DNA from: Dehalococcoidia bacterium | Lineage (GTDB): Bacteria > Chloroflexota > Dehalococcoidia > Lucifugimonadales > VXLM01 | Direction: 5' to 3' | Length of the DNA: 64,000 nt | Assembly (NCBI GenBank): GCA_963662435.1 | Contig: OY759598.1 | Location: 3,690,507-3,754,506, forward strand | Shown: piece after piece, positions 1-9,865 of the stretch | Numbering within the stretch: position 1 is the first letter of the stretch | Layout: each line of letters opens with the position of its first letter | Program-made: the position numbers and the translations under genes | Notes under the pieces: model-generated | What the model was told of the DNA's origin: nothing | What the model saw: only the letters and a program-made list of their open reading frames with translations | Databases searched by the model: none

Positions 1-402
1 GGGCGCGTCTCGACGGACGGCCTCCATGGTGGACCTGGCGATGACGAGAGAGCCGACGTAGATCTCATCGGCGTTGACGGCCGACGTGACGCCGACGGTG
101 CCGGCCATCGTGGAATGTGCGAGCGTCTTCCCCTCGATGTCGGCCAGCGACATCTCATACGGCGAGTTGTTGTAGTCGAATTCGGGCGGACGGATTCCCT
201 GCACCTCGCCGACGCAGAGGTCGGCAATGCCATCATCCCTGAGACGCAGCGCCTCCTCCGGGCTGCCGACGAGGATGACCTTCTTCGCGCCCCGCTGGAA
301 GGCCACGGCTTCAGTGGTGAAAGCGCGGAACACGTCGATGATGACGACCGTCCCACGGGCGCGCCGGGCTCCCTCGATCATGCTGTCTACGATGATCTGC
401 AT
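1..402 (-). CDS. 2-phosphosulfolactate phosphatase (ComB) family protein, runs off the window edge
   Basis: Not in the ORF track. Hand translation from ATG at 402: MQIIVDSMIEGARRARGTVVIIDVFRAFTT...GEVQGIRPPEFDYNNSP...STMAGT, matching ComB-type DVxRAxT, GE..G..NSP and T.GT motifs; lies directly downstream of ispH. Confidence 0.85.
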   Translation of the reverse strand, partial: MQIIVDSMIEGARRARGTVVIIDVFRAFTTEAVAFQRGAKKVILVGSPEEALRLRDDGIADLCVGEVQGIRPPEFDYNNSPYEMSLADIEGKTLAHSTMAGTVGVTSAVNADEIYVGSLVIARSTMEAVRRDAP

Positions 403-412
403 AGGACCATCG

Positions 413-1342
413 TTAGGCGTACCAGAGCTCGGTGTGGCGTTCGCAGCACAACACCTTGGGCAGCTTGAAGCGGATGTCCTCTTCCGCGCCGCGAATCGTC
501 GTCACCTTGTCGGGGGCGATGGCGTCCACGACCGCGCTGACGAGCTCTTCGGGCGTCGACGCTCCCGACGTGACGCCGACGTTCTCGACCCCGTCGAACC
601 ACTCGTCCACCAGCTCGCCGGGACTGTTTATGAGGTGGGCGGGGACTCCCTGCGCGTTTGCGACTTCGCGCAGTCGGTTGCAGTTCGAACTGTTTGGCGC
701 TCCTATGACGAGCATAAGATCGACGAGCTTGCAAAGCTCCTTGACGGCGAACTGGCGGTTGGTCGTGGCGTAACACAGGTCGTTCCGAACGATCACGTTG
801 TCGAAATTGTCCTCGATCTCGTCGATGACTTGCAGGGTATCGTCGACGGAGAGCGTCGTCTGGGTAAGGACGGTGACGGGCGTGTCGTCGTTCCATTCCG
901 GCAGGTTGACTCCATCGCGCTCGTCGATGAGGAACATCGGCCGGTGCCCCATCGTGCCCCTGACCTCCTGGTGGCCCTTATGCCCGACGATGATGAGCTT
1001 GCGCCCCTCCCGGTCGTACCGCTTGGCCTCGTTATGGACCTTCGTCACGAGGGGACAAGTTGCGTCGAGGACGTGCAGGTCACGCTCCCTCGCACGCTCG
1101 AAGTCTTCCGGTGGCGAGCCGTGAGCCGAGAAGACTACAACGGACTCCGGGGGTATCTCGTCGACCTCCTCGACGGTCTTTGCGCCCTTGGATTCGAGGT
1201 CATCAACGACATAAGGGTTGTGGACGATCTGGTGCTTCATATAGACCGGCGCGCCGAACCGCTCAAGCGCGATCTCGACCACGTCGATGGCCATGACCAC
1301 GCCGGCGCAGAATCCACGCGGCGTGCCGAGGTACACCTTCAT
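413..1342 (-). CDS. ispH: 4-hydroxy-3-methylbut-2-enyl diphosphate reductase
   Basis: PRGFCAGV, IVHN, SAHG, DATCPLV, HQEV, LCYAT, SSN and GASTP motifs; start at MKVYLG behind a GGAGG RBS. Confidence 0.97.
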   Translation of the reverse strand: MKVYLGTPRGFCAGVVMAIDVVEIALERFGAPVYMKHQIVHNPYVVDDLESKGAKTVEEVDEIPPESVVVFSAHGSPPEDFERARERDLHVLDATCPLVTKVHNEAKRYDREGRKLIIVGHKGHQEVRGTMGHRPMFLIDERDGVNLPEWNDDTPVTVLTQTTLSVDDTLQVIDEIEDNFDNVIVRNDLCYATTNRQFAVKELCKLVDLMLVIGAPNSSNCNRLREVANAQGVPAHLINSPGELVDEWFDGVENVGVTSGASTPEELVSAVVDAIAPDKVTTIRGAEEDIRFKLPKVLCCERHTELWYA

Positions 1343-1447
1343 ACCGCCCCTCCTTCCAATGTACGTCAATTGTAACACCGCGAGGGTAGGGCGTCAGGCA
1401 ATGCGGCGGGTGTATACTATTTGTATCCAAGTGGAGGGGAAGCGGGA

Positions 1448-2617
1448 ATGAAGATCGCCGAACGGATGAACCGCCTGGGTACGGAGACCGCCTTCGAGGT
1501 GCTGGCAAGGGCGAAAGCCCTCGAGGCGCAGGGGCGGGACATCATCCATCTTCAAATAGGTGAGCCGGACTTCGACACGCCTTCCAACATCGTCGAGGCG
1601 GGCGCGGAGGCCCTTCGAAACGGGTACACGCACTACGGCCCCTCGCCCGGAATGCCGGAGCTTCGCCAGGCCATCGCCACAGAGGTCGCCGGGACGCGGG
1701 GCATCGATGTGGGCGTCGATAACGTCGTCGTAACGTCCGGTGCCAAGCCGATCATGTTCTTCGCCATGCTTGCTCTCGTGGACGAGGGCGACGAGGTGCT
1801 CTACCCAAACCCCGGGTTCCCCATCTATGAGTCGATGATCAACTTCGTCGGCGGAGTGCCGGTGCCGATCAAGCTGCTGTCGGAGCGCGATTTTGCGATC
1901 GACATCGACGAGGTCGCGGCATCGATCACGCCGAAGACAACGCTGATGGTCCTGAACTCGCCGAACAACCCGTGCGGGAGCGTCGTGGAGCGCGACACCA
2001 TCAGGCAGCTTGCGGAGCTCGCTGCGGAGCACGACCTGTGGGTGCTGAGCGACGAAATATACATCCGGCTGCTCTTCGAGGGTGAGCACAGCAGCATTGC
2101 GTCCTTCCCCGGTCTCGCGGAGCGGACAATCATCCTCGACGGTTTCTCCAAGACCTACGCGATGACGGGATGGCGCATCGGCTACGGCGTCATGCCGGAG
2201 GAGCTCGTGCCACACTTCTCGAAGCTGAACACCAACAGCGTCTCCTGCACGGCGTCGGCCATACAGATGGCGGGCGTCGAGGCGCTTCAGGGACCGCAGG
2301 AGCTGACCTACGAGTTCCGAGACGAGTTCAAGTCCCGCCGCGACGTGTTCGTGGGCGGTCTCAACGAAATACCCGGCATCCGGTGTCCGATGCCGAAGGG
2401 CGCGTTCTACGCCTTCCCCAACATCGAGGGCACAGGGATGACGAGCCGGCGCTTCGCCGACGACCTCTTGCAGGACTATGGCGTCGCCTCCCTTGCGGGA
2501 GAGTCGTTCGGACAGTACGGTACCGGATGCGTCCGGTTCTCATTCGCCAACTCGATCGAGAACCTCAACCGCGCCCTCGAACGAATCGCGGAGTTCGTCG
2601 ACGCCAATTCTTCGTAA
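1448..2617 (+). CDS. PLP-dependent aminotransferase class I/II (aspartate aminotransferase-like)
   Basis: IGEPDFDTP, NSPNNPCG, SDEIY and GFSKTYAMTGWRIG motifs. Confidence 0.95.
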   Translation: MKIAERMNRLGTETAFEVLARAKALEAQGRDIIHLQIGEPDFDTPSNIVEAGAEALRNGYTHYGPSPGMPELRQAIATEVAGTRGIDVGVDNVVVTSGAKPIMFFAMLALVDEGDEVLYPNPGFPIYESMINFVGGVPVPIKLLSERDFAIDIDEVAASITPKTTLMVLNSPNNPCGSVVERDTIRQLAELAAEHDLWVLSDEIYIRLLFEGEHSSIASFPGLAERTIILDGFSKTYAMTGWRIGYGVMPEELVPHFSKLNTNSVSCTASAIQMAGVEALQGPQELTYEFRDEFKSRRDVFVGGLNEIPGIRCPMPKGAFYAFPNIEGTGMTSRRFADDLLQDYGVASLAGESFGQYGTGCVRFSFANSIENLNRALERIAEFVDANSS

Positions 2618-2667
2618 AGTCGGCTTCCGTGCGCGGCCAAATGTATGTTTGATTCGGCTCAATAGTC

Positions 2668-4404
2668 ATGAGAACCCTCCGAATCGCGCTGGCACAGATC
2701 AATACGACGGTCGGCGACCTCGACGGGAACACCGCGAAGGTCCTCGACTACACCTCGCGCGCCCGCGATCTCGGCGCTGACCTCGTCGCGTTTCCCGAGC
2801 TTGCCATCACGGGCTATCCGCCGGAAGACCTGCTGTTCAAGCACCAGTTCATCGAGGACAACAGGGCGCGGATGCGGCAGGTCGTCGATGCGTCCGAAGG
2901 CATCACCTCAATCGTCGGGTTCGTGGACTCCGATGCCGACCTCCACAACGCCGCCGTTGTGGCGCACGACGGCAGTCTCGCGGGCGTCTACCACAAGATG
3001 TTCCCGCCCAACTACGGCGTATTTGACGAGGAGCGCTACTTCAAGGCAGGACGTGAGTGTCCCGTGTATGTCATCGGCGGTGTCCGCGTGGGCGTCAACG
3101 TGTGCGAGGACATCTGGCAGGCAGTGGGGCCGACGGTCGTGCAGCGCGCTGCCGGTGCAGAGCTAATCGTTAACATCAGCGCGTCGCCGTTCTACTCCGG
3201 CAAGATCACGTGGCGAGAGAAAATGCTCGCCACGCGGGCATCCGACAACGGCGTCTACGTGGCATACGTAAACCTCGTTGGCGGGCAGGACGAGCTCGTC
3301 TTCGATGGGGCCAGCATCGTCTTCGATCCGTTCGGCGAGGTCGTGGCCACGGGCAGCCAGTTCTCAGAGGACCTCGTGGTCGCCGATCTGGACATCGACG
3401 CGGTGTTCCGGGCTCGCGCCCGTGATACGCGGTCGCGCAAGGAGAGCTCTGCCCTGCTCAAGCAGGTCGGCACGTCGCACGTCTCGGTCGTCTCCGAGGA
3501 GTCTAACGGGGCCAGGCCAACGCTCCTTGACCGGGAACCTGCGAGGTATGACGAGACCGCTGAGGTATATGAGGCACTGGTTACGGGTACTCGCGACTAC
3601 ATCGCCAAATCTGCCTTCTCCAGCAAGGTGCTGGTCGCCCTCTCCGGCGGCGTGGACTCCAGCCTCGTTGCGACCATCGCCGTCGACGCTGTCGGTTCCG
3701 ACTCCGTGTACGGCCTCTCAATGCCGTCGCGGTACTCCTCCGAGGGGAGCATCCTCGACGCCCGCGAACTGGCGGAGAACCTCGGCATTGAACTGAAGAC
3801 CGCGCAGATCGAGGACGTCTTCTCGTCTGCGCTTGGGACGCTCGATACTCACTTCGAGGGCTACGAGCCGGGTCGGGCCGAGGAAAACCTCCAGTCCCGC
3901 ATCCGCGGTCTGCTCGTGATGGCCATGTCCAACAAGTTCGGCTGGCTCGTCCTGACAACGGGCAACAAGAGCGAGCTTGCCGTCGGCTACGCGACCATAT
4001 ACGGCGACATGGCGGGCGGATTCGCTGTCATCAAGGACGTGCCCAAGACGCTGGTTTACGACCTGTGCAGGCATCGAAACGCACAGGCGGACGGGCCGGT
4101 TATCCCCGAGACCGTGCTGTCCAAGCCGCCCAGCGCCGAGCTCCGGGCTGACCAGACCGACCAGGACTCGCTCCCGCCCTACGAGGTGCTCGACCCGATC
4201 CTCAAGGCCTACGTCGAGGAGGACCGCAGCTTCGAGGAAATCGTCGAGGCCGGATTCGACGAGCAGACGGTCAAGGACATCGTCACCCTCGTCGACCGCA
4301 ACGAGTACAAGCGCCGACAGGCCCCGCCGGGAATCAAGATCACCCCCCGCAACTTCGGTCGCGACCGCCGCATGCCCATCGCCAACAGGTACCGCCCCTT
4401 CTAA
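2668..4404 (+). CDS. nadE: Glutamine-dependent NAD+ synthetase
   Basis: N-terminal nitrilase-fold domain (FPEL, HK, VCEDIW) plus synthetase motifs SGGVDS, ENLQSRIRG, TGNKSE, YGD, PSAEL and EYKRRQ. Confidence 0.97.
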   Translation: MRTLRIALAQINTTVGDLDGNTAKVLDYTSRARDLGADLVAFPELAITGYPPEDLLFKHQFIEDNRARMRQVVDASEGITSIVGFVDSDADLHNAAVVAHDGSLAGVYHKMFPPNYGVFDEERYFKAGRECPVYVIGGVRVGVNVCEDIWQAVGPTVVQRAAGAELIVNISASPFYSGKITWREKMLATRASDNGVYVAYVNLVGGQDELVFDGASIVFDPFGEVVATGSQFSEDLVVADLDIDAVFRARARDTRSRKESSALLKQVGTSHVSVVSEESNGARPTLLDREPARYDETAEVYEALVTGTRDYIAKSAFSSKVLVALSGGVDSSLVATIAVDAVGSDSVYGLSMPSRYSSEGSILDARELAENLGIELKTAQIEDVFSSALGTLDTHFEGYEPGRAEENLQSRIRGLLVMAMSNKFGWLVLTTGNKSELAVGYATIYGDMAGGFAVIKDVPKTLVYDLCRHRNAQADGPVIPETVLSKPPSAELRADQTDQDSLPPYEVLDPILKAYVEEDRSFEEIVEAGFDEQTVKDIVTLVDRNEYKRRQAPPGIKITPRNFGRDRRMPIANRYRPF

Positions 4405-4490
4405 AGAGGGTGTAGACACACCGTTCACCCTGAGCCTAGATACGCCCCGCGACGGGTGACAGCAACTTCATCCGAACCACCCCTTTCTTC

Positions 4491-4566
4491 CCCTCTGCGC
4501 TCTCCGCGTCCTCTGCGGTAGATCTTCGTCCAATCTCCCGCCGTTCACCCTGAGCCTGTCGAAGGG
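4491..4566. repeat. Cluster of small intergenic repeats: CTCTGCGCTCTCCGCGTCCTCTGCGGT type plus CCGTTCACCCTGAGCCTGTCGAAGGG type
   Basis: First type recurs at ~48771-48800 and ~58606-58636. Second recurs in part at 4421-4437, 21683-21707, ~48880-48899, 49231-49256 and 53871-53889. Confidence 0.75.
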
Positions 4567-4579
4567 TCGGCTCGGCATT

Positions 4580-4608
4580 TTGACCCGTAAGAACACACGC
4601 TCTACACT
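4580..4608 (+). promoter_or_regulatory. sigma70-like promoter pointing into the 130-bp array
   Basis: TTGACC (4580-4585), 17-nt spacer, TACACT (4603-4608). Confidence 0.55.
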
Positions 4609-4683
4609 ACGGTTAATGCGGGATTGGTGTCGTCCCAACGCGCCGAATGTAAATAGCGGACAAGACCCTTGGTAACTGGGAGG

Positions 4684-5740
4684 ATTCTCAAAGTGTCTCA
4701 AGACTACTGGCTCAGCTTCAAAATACACCGCCCACACGAGCAAACCGCAGCGAGTCAGCATATGAACGAAAGCAAGGATCGAAGAAAAAAACTGCATTCT
4801 CAAACCGTCTCATTTTCTCAAACCCTCTCAAAACAGGATGGCGCAGCTTCAAAACACCCCGTCCTCACGGGCGAACCGTAGCGAGTCAGATAATGAACGA
4901 AAGCAAGGATCGAAGAAAAAAACTGCATTCTCAAACCGTCTCATTTTCTCAAACCGTCTCAAAACAGGATGGCGCAGCTTCAGAACACCCCGTCCTCATA
5001 GCGAACCGGAGCGAGTCAGAGTGTGATCGAAAGCAAGGATCGAAGAAAAAAACTGCATTCTCAAACCGTCTCATTTTCTCAAACCGTCTCAAAACAGGAT
5101 GGCGCCGCTTCAGAACACCCCGTCCTCATAGCGAACCGGAGCGAGTCAGAGTGTGATCGAAAACAAGGATCGAAGAAAAAAACTGCATTCTCAAACCGTC
5201 TCATTTTCTCAAACCCTCTCAGAACAGGATGGTGCAGCTTCAAAACACCCCGTCCTCACAGCGAACCGCAGCGAGTCAGAGTGTGATCGAAAGCAAGGAT
5301 CGAAGAAAAAAACTGCATTCTCAAACCGTCTCATTTTCTCAAACCGTCTCAAAACAGGATGGCGCCGCTTCAGAACACCCCGTCCTCACAGCGAACCGCA
5401 GCGAGTCAGAGTGTGATCGAAAGCAAGGGTCGAAGAAAAAACTGCATTCTCAGACCGTCTCATTTTCTCAAACCCTCTCAAAACAAGATGGCGCAGCTTC
5501 AAAACACCCCGTCCTCACAGGGGAACCGTAGAGAGTCAGACAATGAACGAAAGCAAGGATCGAAGAAAAAAACTGCATTCTCAAACCGTCTCATTTTCTC
5601 AAACCCTCTCAAAACAAGATGGTACAGCTTCAAAACACCCTGTCCTCACAGCGAACCGCAGCGAGTCAGAGTGTGATCGAAAGCAAGGATCGAAGAAAGA
5701 AACTGCATTCTCAAACCGTCTCATTTTCTCAAACCATCTC
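4684..5740. repeat. Tandem array of a 130-bp unit (7 complete, 1 degenerate leading and 1 truncated trailing unit)
   Basis: GAAAGCAAGG-type unit starts at 4768, 4899, 5029, 5159, 5289, 5419, 5549 and 5679; each unit holds an internal 18-bp duplication TTCTCAAACC(G/C)TCTCA. Confidence 0.97.
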
Positions 5741-5887
5741 GAATCAAGTTGAAACGAACAGTTATTTGCTGGCCTATCTAGAGCTTCAAGCGACACATGT
5801 TGCACCAGTGAGCGGTCATCACCCCGTCGGGTGTACAATTCATTTCTCCCCCGCCGGGGGAGAGATACAGAGAGGGAGACAACACCC

Positions 5888-6670
5888 ATGGAAACACCGA
5901 GACCCGTCGTCAGAAATTGGCGAGACCAGGACCCGGCAAACAGCCACGGTGCGGTTGGCTGGAAGGTGATGATGCAGCTTGGCACTAACCCCGGCCGCAC
6001 GTACGAGGAAGCGCCGCTGATCGGAATTCACGGGATCACCTACCGGCTCCTTCAGCCGACCAAAGGGGAGCCGCCGCACACACACCCGGCAAAGGAGCAC
6101 GTCTACTACATCGTCAGCGGCACCGGTGCCGTGCAGCTTGGCGAAGAGCGTTTCCCGGTCAAAGAGGGCGACGCGGTGTACATGCCTGCCCAGGGCATAC
6201 ACGCAATCATCAACGACAGCGACGACTTCCTGGAGCACTACGTCATCAGCGCGATCCCGCACTGGGCGGAGGAACACCCCGACGGCGATGTCGATCGCGG
6301 GCGTGTGGAGCCCGTCATTCGCAACTGGCGAGATGGTGCTCCCCACATGAGCCATGGCGCGGTCGGCTGGAAGATTATGGCTGAGAAGGCGGGGTTTCCG
6401 GACCGCACCTACGAGCAGGCCCCGTTGGAGGGGTTCCACGGCTTCACCATGCACATGATGCCCGGCGGTCAGGAAGAAGGCCCCCACGAGCACGTCGGCA
6501 AGGAGCAGGTGTACATCTTCACGTACGGGCGCGGCAAGATGCTCCTCGGCGACGAGACCTACGACGTGCGGGAGGGCGACTGCGCCTACATCCCGCAGAA
6601 GACCCAGCACGCCTTCATCAACGACGGCGACGACTGGTGCCAGCACCTGATCCTGAGTGCGCTGGTGTAG
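5888..6670 (+). CDS. Bicupin (two cupin domains) protein
   Basis: Two HxH...E...H metal motifs (PHTHPAKEH, PHEHVGKEQ) and duplicated RNWRD..SHGAVGWK segments; ATG at 5888 behind GGGAG. Confidence 0.88.
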   Translation: METPRPVVRNWRDQDPANSHGAVGWKVMMQLGTNPGRTYEEAPLIGIHGITYRLLQPTKGEPPHTHPAKEHVYYIVSGTGAVQLGEERFPVKEGDAVYMPAQGIHAIINDSDDFLEHYVISAIPHWAEEHPDGDVDRGRVEPVIRNWRDGAPHMSHGAVGWKIMAEKAGFPDRTYEQAPLEGFHGFTMHMMPGGQEEGPHEHVGKEQVYIFTYGRGKMLLGDETYDVREGDCAYIPQKTQHAFINDGDDWCQHLILSALV

Positions 6671-6742
6671 AGGCGAAATTCGTGGGTTGATGGCGCAGGA
6701 TGATTTATACTGGACGCCACCGCGTGTGGCAGGACATGACCA

Positions 6743-6898
6743 ATGAAATCCGACAAGAATAAGGACCGTTGCGTGTCGAGAACAGGTGACAAGCCGCGAA
6801 AGAAGGCCTCCCCTCTGGACGTCGAAGGCGTCGACCTCGGCGTGGCGACCGACGAGATCGTAAGAATGATCCGGGAGGGGAGGGGCCGGTATGGCTGA
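6743..6898 (+). pseudogene. 51-codon ORF resembling the C-terminal half of a Phd/YefM-type antitoxin
   Basis: Hand translation [51 protein letters not shown]; the SPLDVEGVDLG...EIV..I.EGR tail is recognised from memory of antitoxin sequences; overlaps the glnS start by 8 nt. Confidence 0.5.
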
Positions 6899-8558
6899 TA
6901 CCGGACCGGCAAACTTCATCGAGGACATCGTCGAGGAGCACAACGGCAGCGGGCGCTTCGGCGGCGAGGTCATCACGCGCTTCCCCCCGGAGCCGAACGG
7001 CTACCTCCACATCGGTCACGCCAAGTCCATGTGCCTCAACTTCGGCCTCGCCGACAAGTACGGCGGGCGCTGCCACATGCGCTTCGATGACACGAACCCC
7101 GCCAAGGAGGAGGAAGAGTACGTCGAGAGCATCCTCGAAGACGTGCGCTGGCTCGGCTGGGACTGGGGAGAGCACCTCTACTTCGCCTCCGACCACTTCG
7201 ACAAGCTGCACGACTTCGCCATCGACCTGATCGAGAAGGGCAAGGCGTACGTCGACGACCTCGACCAGGAGCAGATTCGCAAGTACCGGGGCACCCTGAC
7301 CGAGGCGGGAGTCGAGAGTCCGTACCGCAATCGCTCCGTCGAGGACAACCTCGCCCTCTTCCGCGGGATGAAGGAGGGAGAGTTCGAGGAAGGCACGAAG
7401 GTGCTGCGCGCCAAGATCGACATGGCGTCCGGCAACATCAACATGCGCGACCCCGTGTTGTACCGCATCCTTAAGACCCCCCACCATCGCACGGGCGAGC
7501 AGTGGGTGATCTACCCCATGTACGACTTCGCGCACGGGCAGAGCGACTCGGTCGAGGGGGTTACTCATTCCATCTGCACGATGGAGTACGAAGACCACCG
7601 GCACCTGTACGACTGGTTCCTCGACAATCTGGACGAATATCATCCTCAGCAGATCGAGTTCGCGCGGCTGAACCTCAGCAACACCGTGCTCAGCAAGCGT
7701 AAGCTGGTCCAGCTCGTTAAGGAAGGGCACGTCGGCGGCTGGGACGATCCCCGGATGCCGACCCTCGCGGGCCTCCGCAGGCGTGGGTACACGCCGGAGT
7801 CCATACGCAGCTTCTGCGAGCAGGTCGGCGTCGCCAAGCGGCAGAATGTCATCGATATCGCGATGCTCGAACACGCCGTTCGCGACGACCTGAATTCACG
7901 GGCGCTTCGCCGTCTCGCCGTGCTGAAACCCCTCAAAGTGGTGATCGAGAACTACCCCGAAGGACAGACCGAAGTGCTGGACGCGATCAACAATCCCGAA
8001 GACCCGGAGGCGGGCACGCGGAAGCTGCCGTTCTCACGAGAGCTGTACATCGAGCGCGACGACTTCATGGAGGACCCGCCAAGGAAATTCTTCCGGTTGG
8101 CCCCCGGCCGCGAGGTGCGGCTGCGCTACGGCTACTTCATCACCTGCACGGAAGTCATCAAGGATGACATGGACGAGGTCGTCGAACTGCGCTGTACCTA
8201 CGACCCGGAGACCCGCGGCGGACAGGCCCCCGACGGACGAAAGGTTCGCGGCACCATCCACTGGGTCTCCGCTGAGCACGCCGTCAATGCGGAGGTGCGG
8301 CTGTTTGACCACCTCTTCACCTCGGAGCGTCCCGACGATGATGACGACTTCATGACCACCCTCAACCTCGACTCTAGGGAGGTCGTTCCCGACGCAAGGC
8401 TCGAGCCAAGTCTCGCAGACGCCGTTCCGGGCGAGAAATTCCAGTTCGAGCGGACGGGCTACTTCGCGGTCGACCCCGACTCACGGCCCGGCGCGCTCGT
8501 CTTCAACCGGACTGTCACCCTGCGCGACTCATGGAAGAAGGTCGCCGCCAAGCTCTGA
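6891..8558 (+). CDS. glnS: Glutamine--tRNA ligase
   Basis: [17 protein letters not shown] (HIGH), [28 protein letters not shown] and FQFERTGYF motifs. Confidence 0.97.
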   Translation: MADTGPANFIEDIVEEHNGSGRFGGEVITRFPPEPNGYLHIGHAKSMCLNFGLADKYGGRCHMRFDDTNPAKEEEEYVESILEDVRWLGWDWGEHLYFASDHFDKLHDFAIDLIEKGKAYVDDLDQEQIRKYRGTLTEAGVESPYRNRSVEDNLALFRGMKEGEFEEGTKVLRAKIDMASGNINMRDPVLYRILKTPHHRTGEQWVIYPMYDFAHGQSDSVEGVTHSICTMEYEDHRHLYDWFLDNLDEYHPQQIEFARLNLSNTVLSKRKLVQLVKEGHVGGWDDPRMPTLAGLRRRGYTPESIRSFCEQVGVAKRQNVIDIAMLEHAVRDDLNSRALRRLAVLKPLKVVIENYPEGQTEVLDAINNPEDPEAGTRKLPFSRELYIERDDFMEDPPRKFFRLAPGREVRLRYGYFITCTEVIKDDMDEVVELRCTYDPETRGGQAPDGRKVRGTIHWVSAEHAVNAEVRLFDHLFTSERPDDDDDFMTTLNLDSREVVPDARLEPSLADAVPGEKFQFERTGYFAVDPDSRPGALVFNRTVTLRDSWKKVAAKL

Positions 8559-8614
8559 CGGAGTGTCCTCCGGCACCCCCCTGTAGGGGCTTACCCTTAT
8601 GGTCATCTGCTCCG

Positions 8615-9730
8615 CTACCCCAGCTTCCAGTTGCCTATCGACGTGCGGTAGTCCTCGATTGACATCGTCTCCTTCTTGTTGAGCCACCGCGACATCGGCG
8701 GGATGATCTTGAGGCTGCGGTCTTCGAGGGGGAGGCGGACGGGAGTCATCCCTCGCCGGTGGGACTCGCGGAGGGCGATGGCGATCTCGAGGCACTTGCG
8801 CGAGTTGTCGCCGCTGCCGATGGGCTCTACCCCGTTCTCGATGGCATCGATTATTGTCTGAACACTGGCGAGGTTGCGGTTTCCCGCCCAACGCCAGCCC
8901 TCCTCGTCGTGCGTCCCGCTCCTCTCGTGCTGCGACGCTCCTTCAAAGATGCCCTCCATCTCGTCCAGGCCGTTGTGCCAACTGGGCCTAGCGTCAGGAT
9001 CCTGGAGCTTCCACATCTTGAGGTACATGTAGTCGGTGTAGAAGGAGCCCTTCGTACCGAGGACCTCGATTCCGTTCTTGGCGTTCTTCTTGGTGTGCCG
9101 AAAGGCCTCGATTCCGTTGGCGAACCTGATGTAGCCTGCAAGCCCCTGGTCGTGGTCGCTGAACGGGTCGCCGGTGCCCCATCCTATTACCCACGCGACC
9201 TCGTCGTCGCCGGCGAACAGGCGCATGAGGCTGAGCCCCTGGATGTCCCACTCGTGGCTGGCCCCAGCGTGCATATTGATGGACACGACCTCGCCAATCT
9301 CGCCGGAGTCGATGATCGCCTTCGCCCGACTGTAGTCGGGAAGGTTGCGGTCGAGATCGCCACATCCGAAAGCAATGCCCTTAGCACGGCATGCGGCCAC
9401 CATCTCATCGGCATTCCGGAGACTGGCGGTAATGGGCTTCTCGCAGAGGATGCCCTTCACGCCGTACTCGGCACACCCCATCACGACTTCGTGATTGGCG
9501 CTGACGGGCAGGATTGGGGCCGCGATGTCGATGCTCTCGTTGCGCAGCATCTCGCGGTAGTCCTCGTAGACGGGAACACCGAACCGCCTCCGGAACAGTT
9601 CAGCGTTCTCCGGGTCGGTCTCAGCCGCTGCGACGACTTCCGCGCCCGGCGTGAGTTCCCAAGCCCGCGCATGCTGCGTCCCCTTCCGGCCACATCCAAT
9701 CACTCCGACGCGGTAGCTGCGTTCGGACAT
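8615..9730 (-). CDS. Gfo/Idh/MocA family oxidoreductase
   Basis: N-terminal VGVIGCG Rossmann motif and CEKP. Confidence 0.9.
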   Translation of the reverse strand: MSERSYRVGVIGCGRKGTQHARAWELTPGAEVVAAAETDPENAELFRRRFGVPVYEDYREMLRNESIDIAAPILPVSANHEVVMGCAEYGVKGILCEKPITASLRNADEMVAACRAKGIAFGCGDLDRNLPDYSRAKAIIDSGEIGEVVSINMHAGASHEWDIQGLSLMRLFAGDDEVAWVIGWGTGDPFSDHDQGLAGYIRFANGIEAFRHTKKNAKNGIEVLGTKGSFYTDYMYLKMWKLQDPDARPSWHNGLDEMEGIFEGASQHERSGTHDEEGWRWAGNRNLASVQTIIDAIENGVEPIGSGDNSRKCLEIAIALRESHRRGMTPVRLPLEDRSLKIIPPMSRWLNKKETMSIEDYRTSIGNWKLG

Positions 9731-9865
9731 CGTGGTTCTCCAGGCGAGAAATTCAGGTGCAGTGTATCAGACGGAGAAAGGGAGGATTGTGTAGGGGGGC
9801 GCCTGTGCCGTATCTTGGCGATTGTTGTACAATTCGACGAGTCGCGAACGAGGAGATCACGCAGG

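Noticed and set aside
4684..5755. CRISPR array (regular period; GTTGAAAC just after the last unit)
   Set aside because: Units are near-identical along their whole 130 bp with no unique spacers, GTTGAAAC occurs once, and no cas genes are in the window.
8759..9865. 457-aa plus-strand ORF 8759..10132 as one gene
   Set aside because: Most of it is the antisense shadow of the Gfo/Idh/MocA gene; only the last 88 codons look like a real OadG-like gene.
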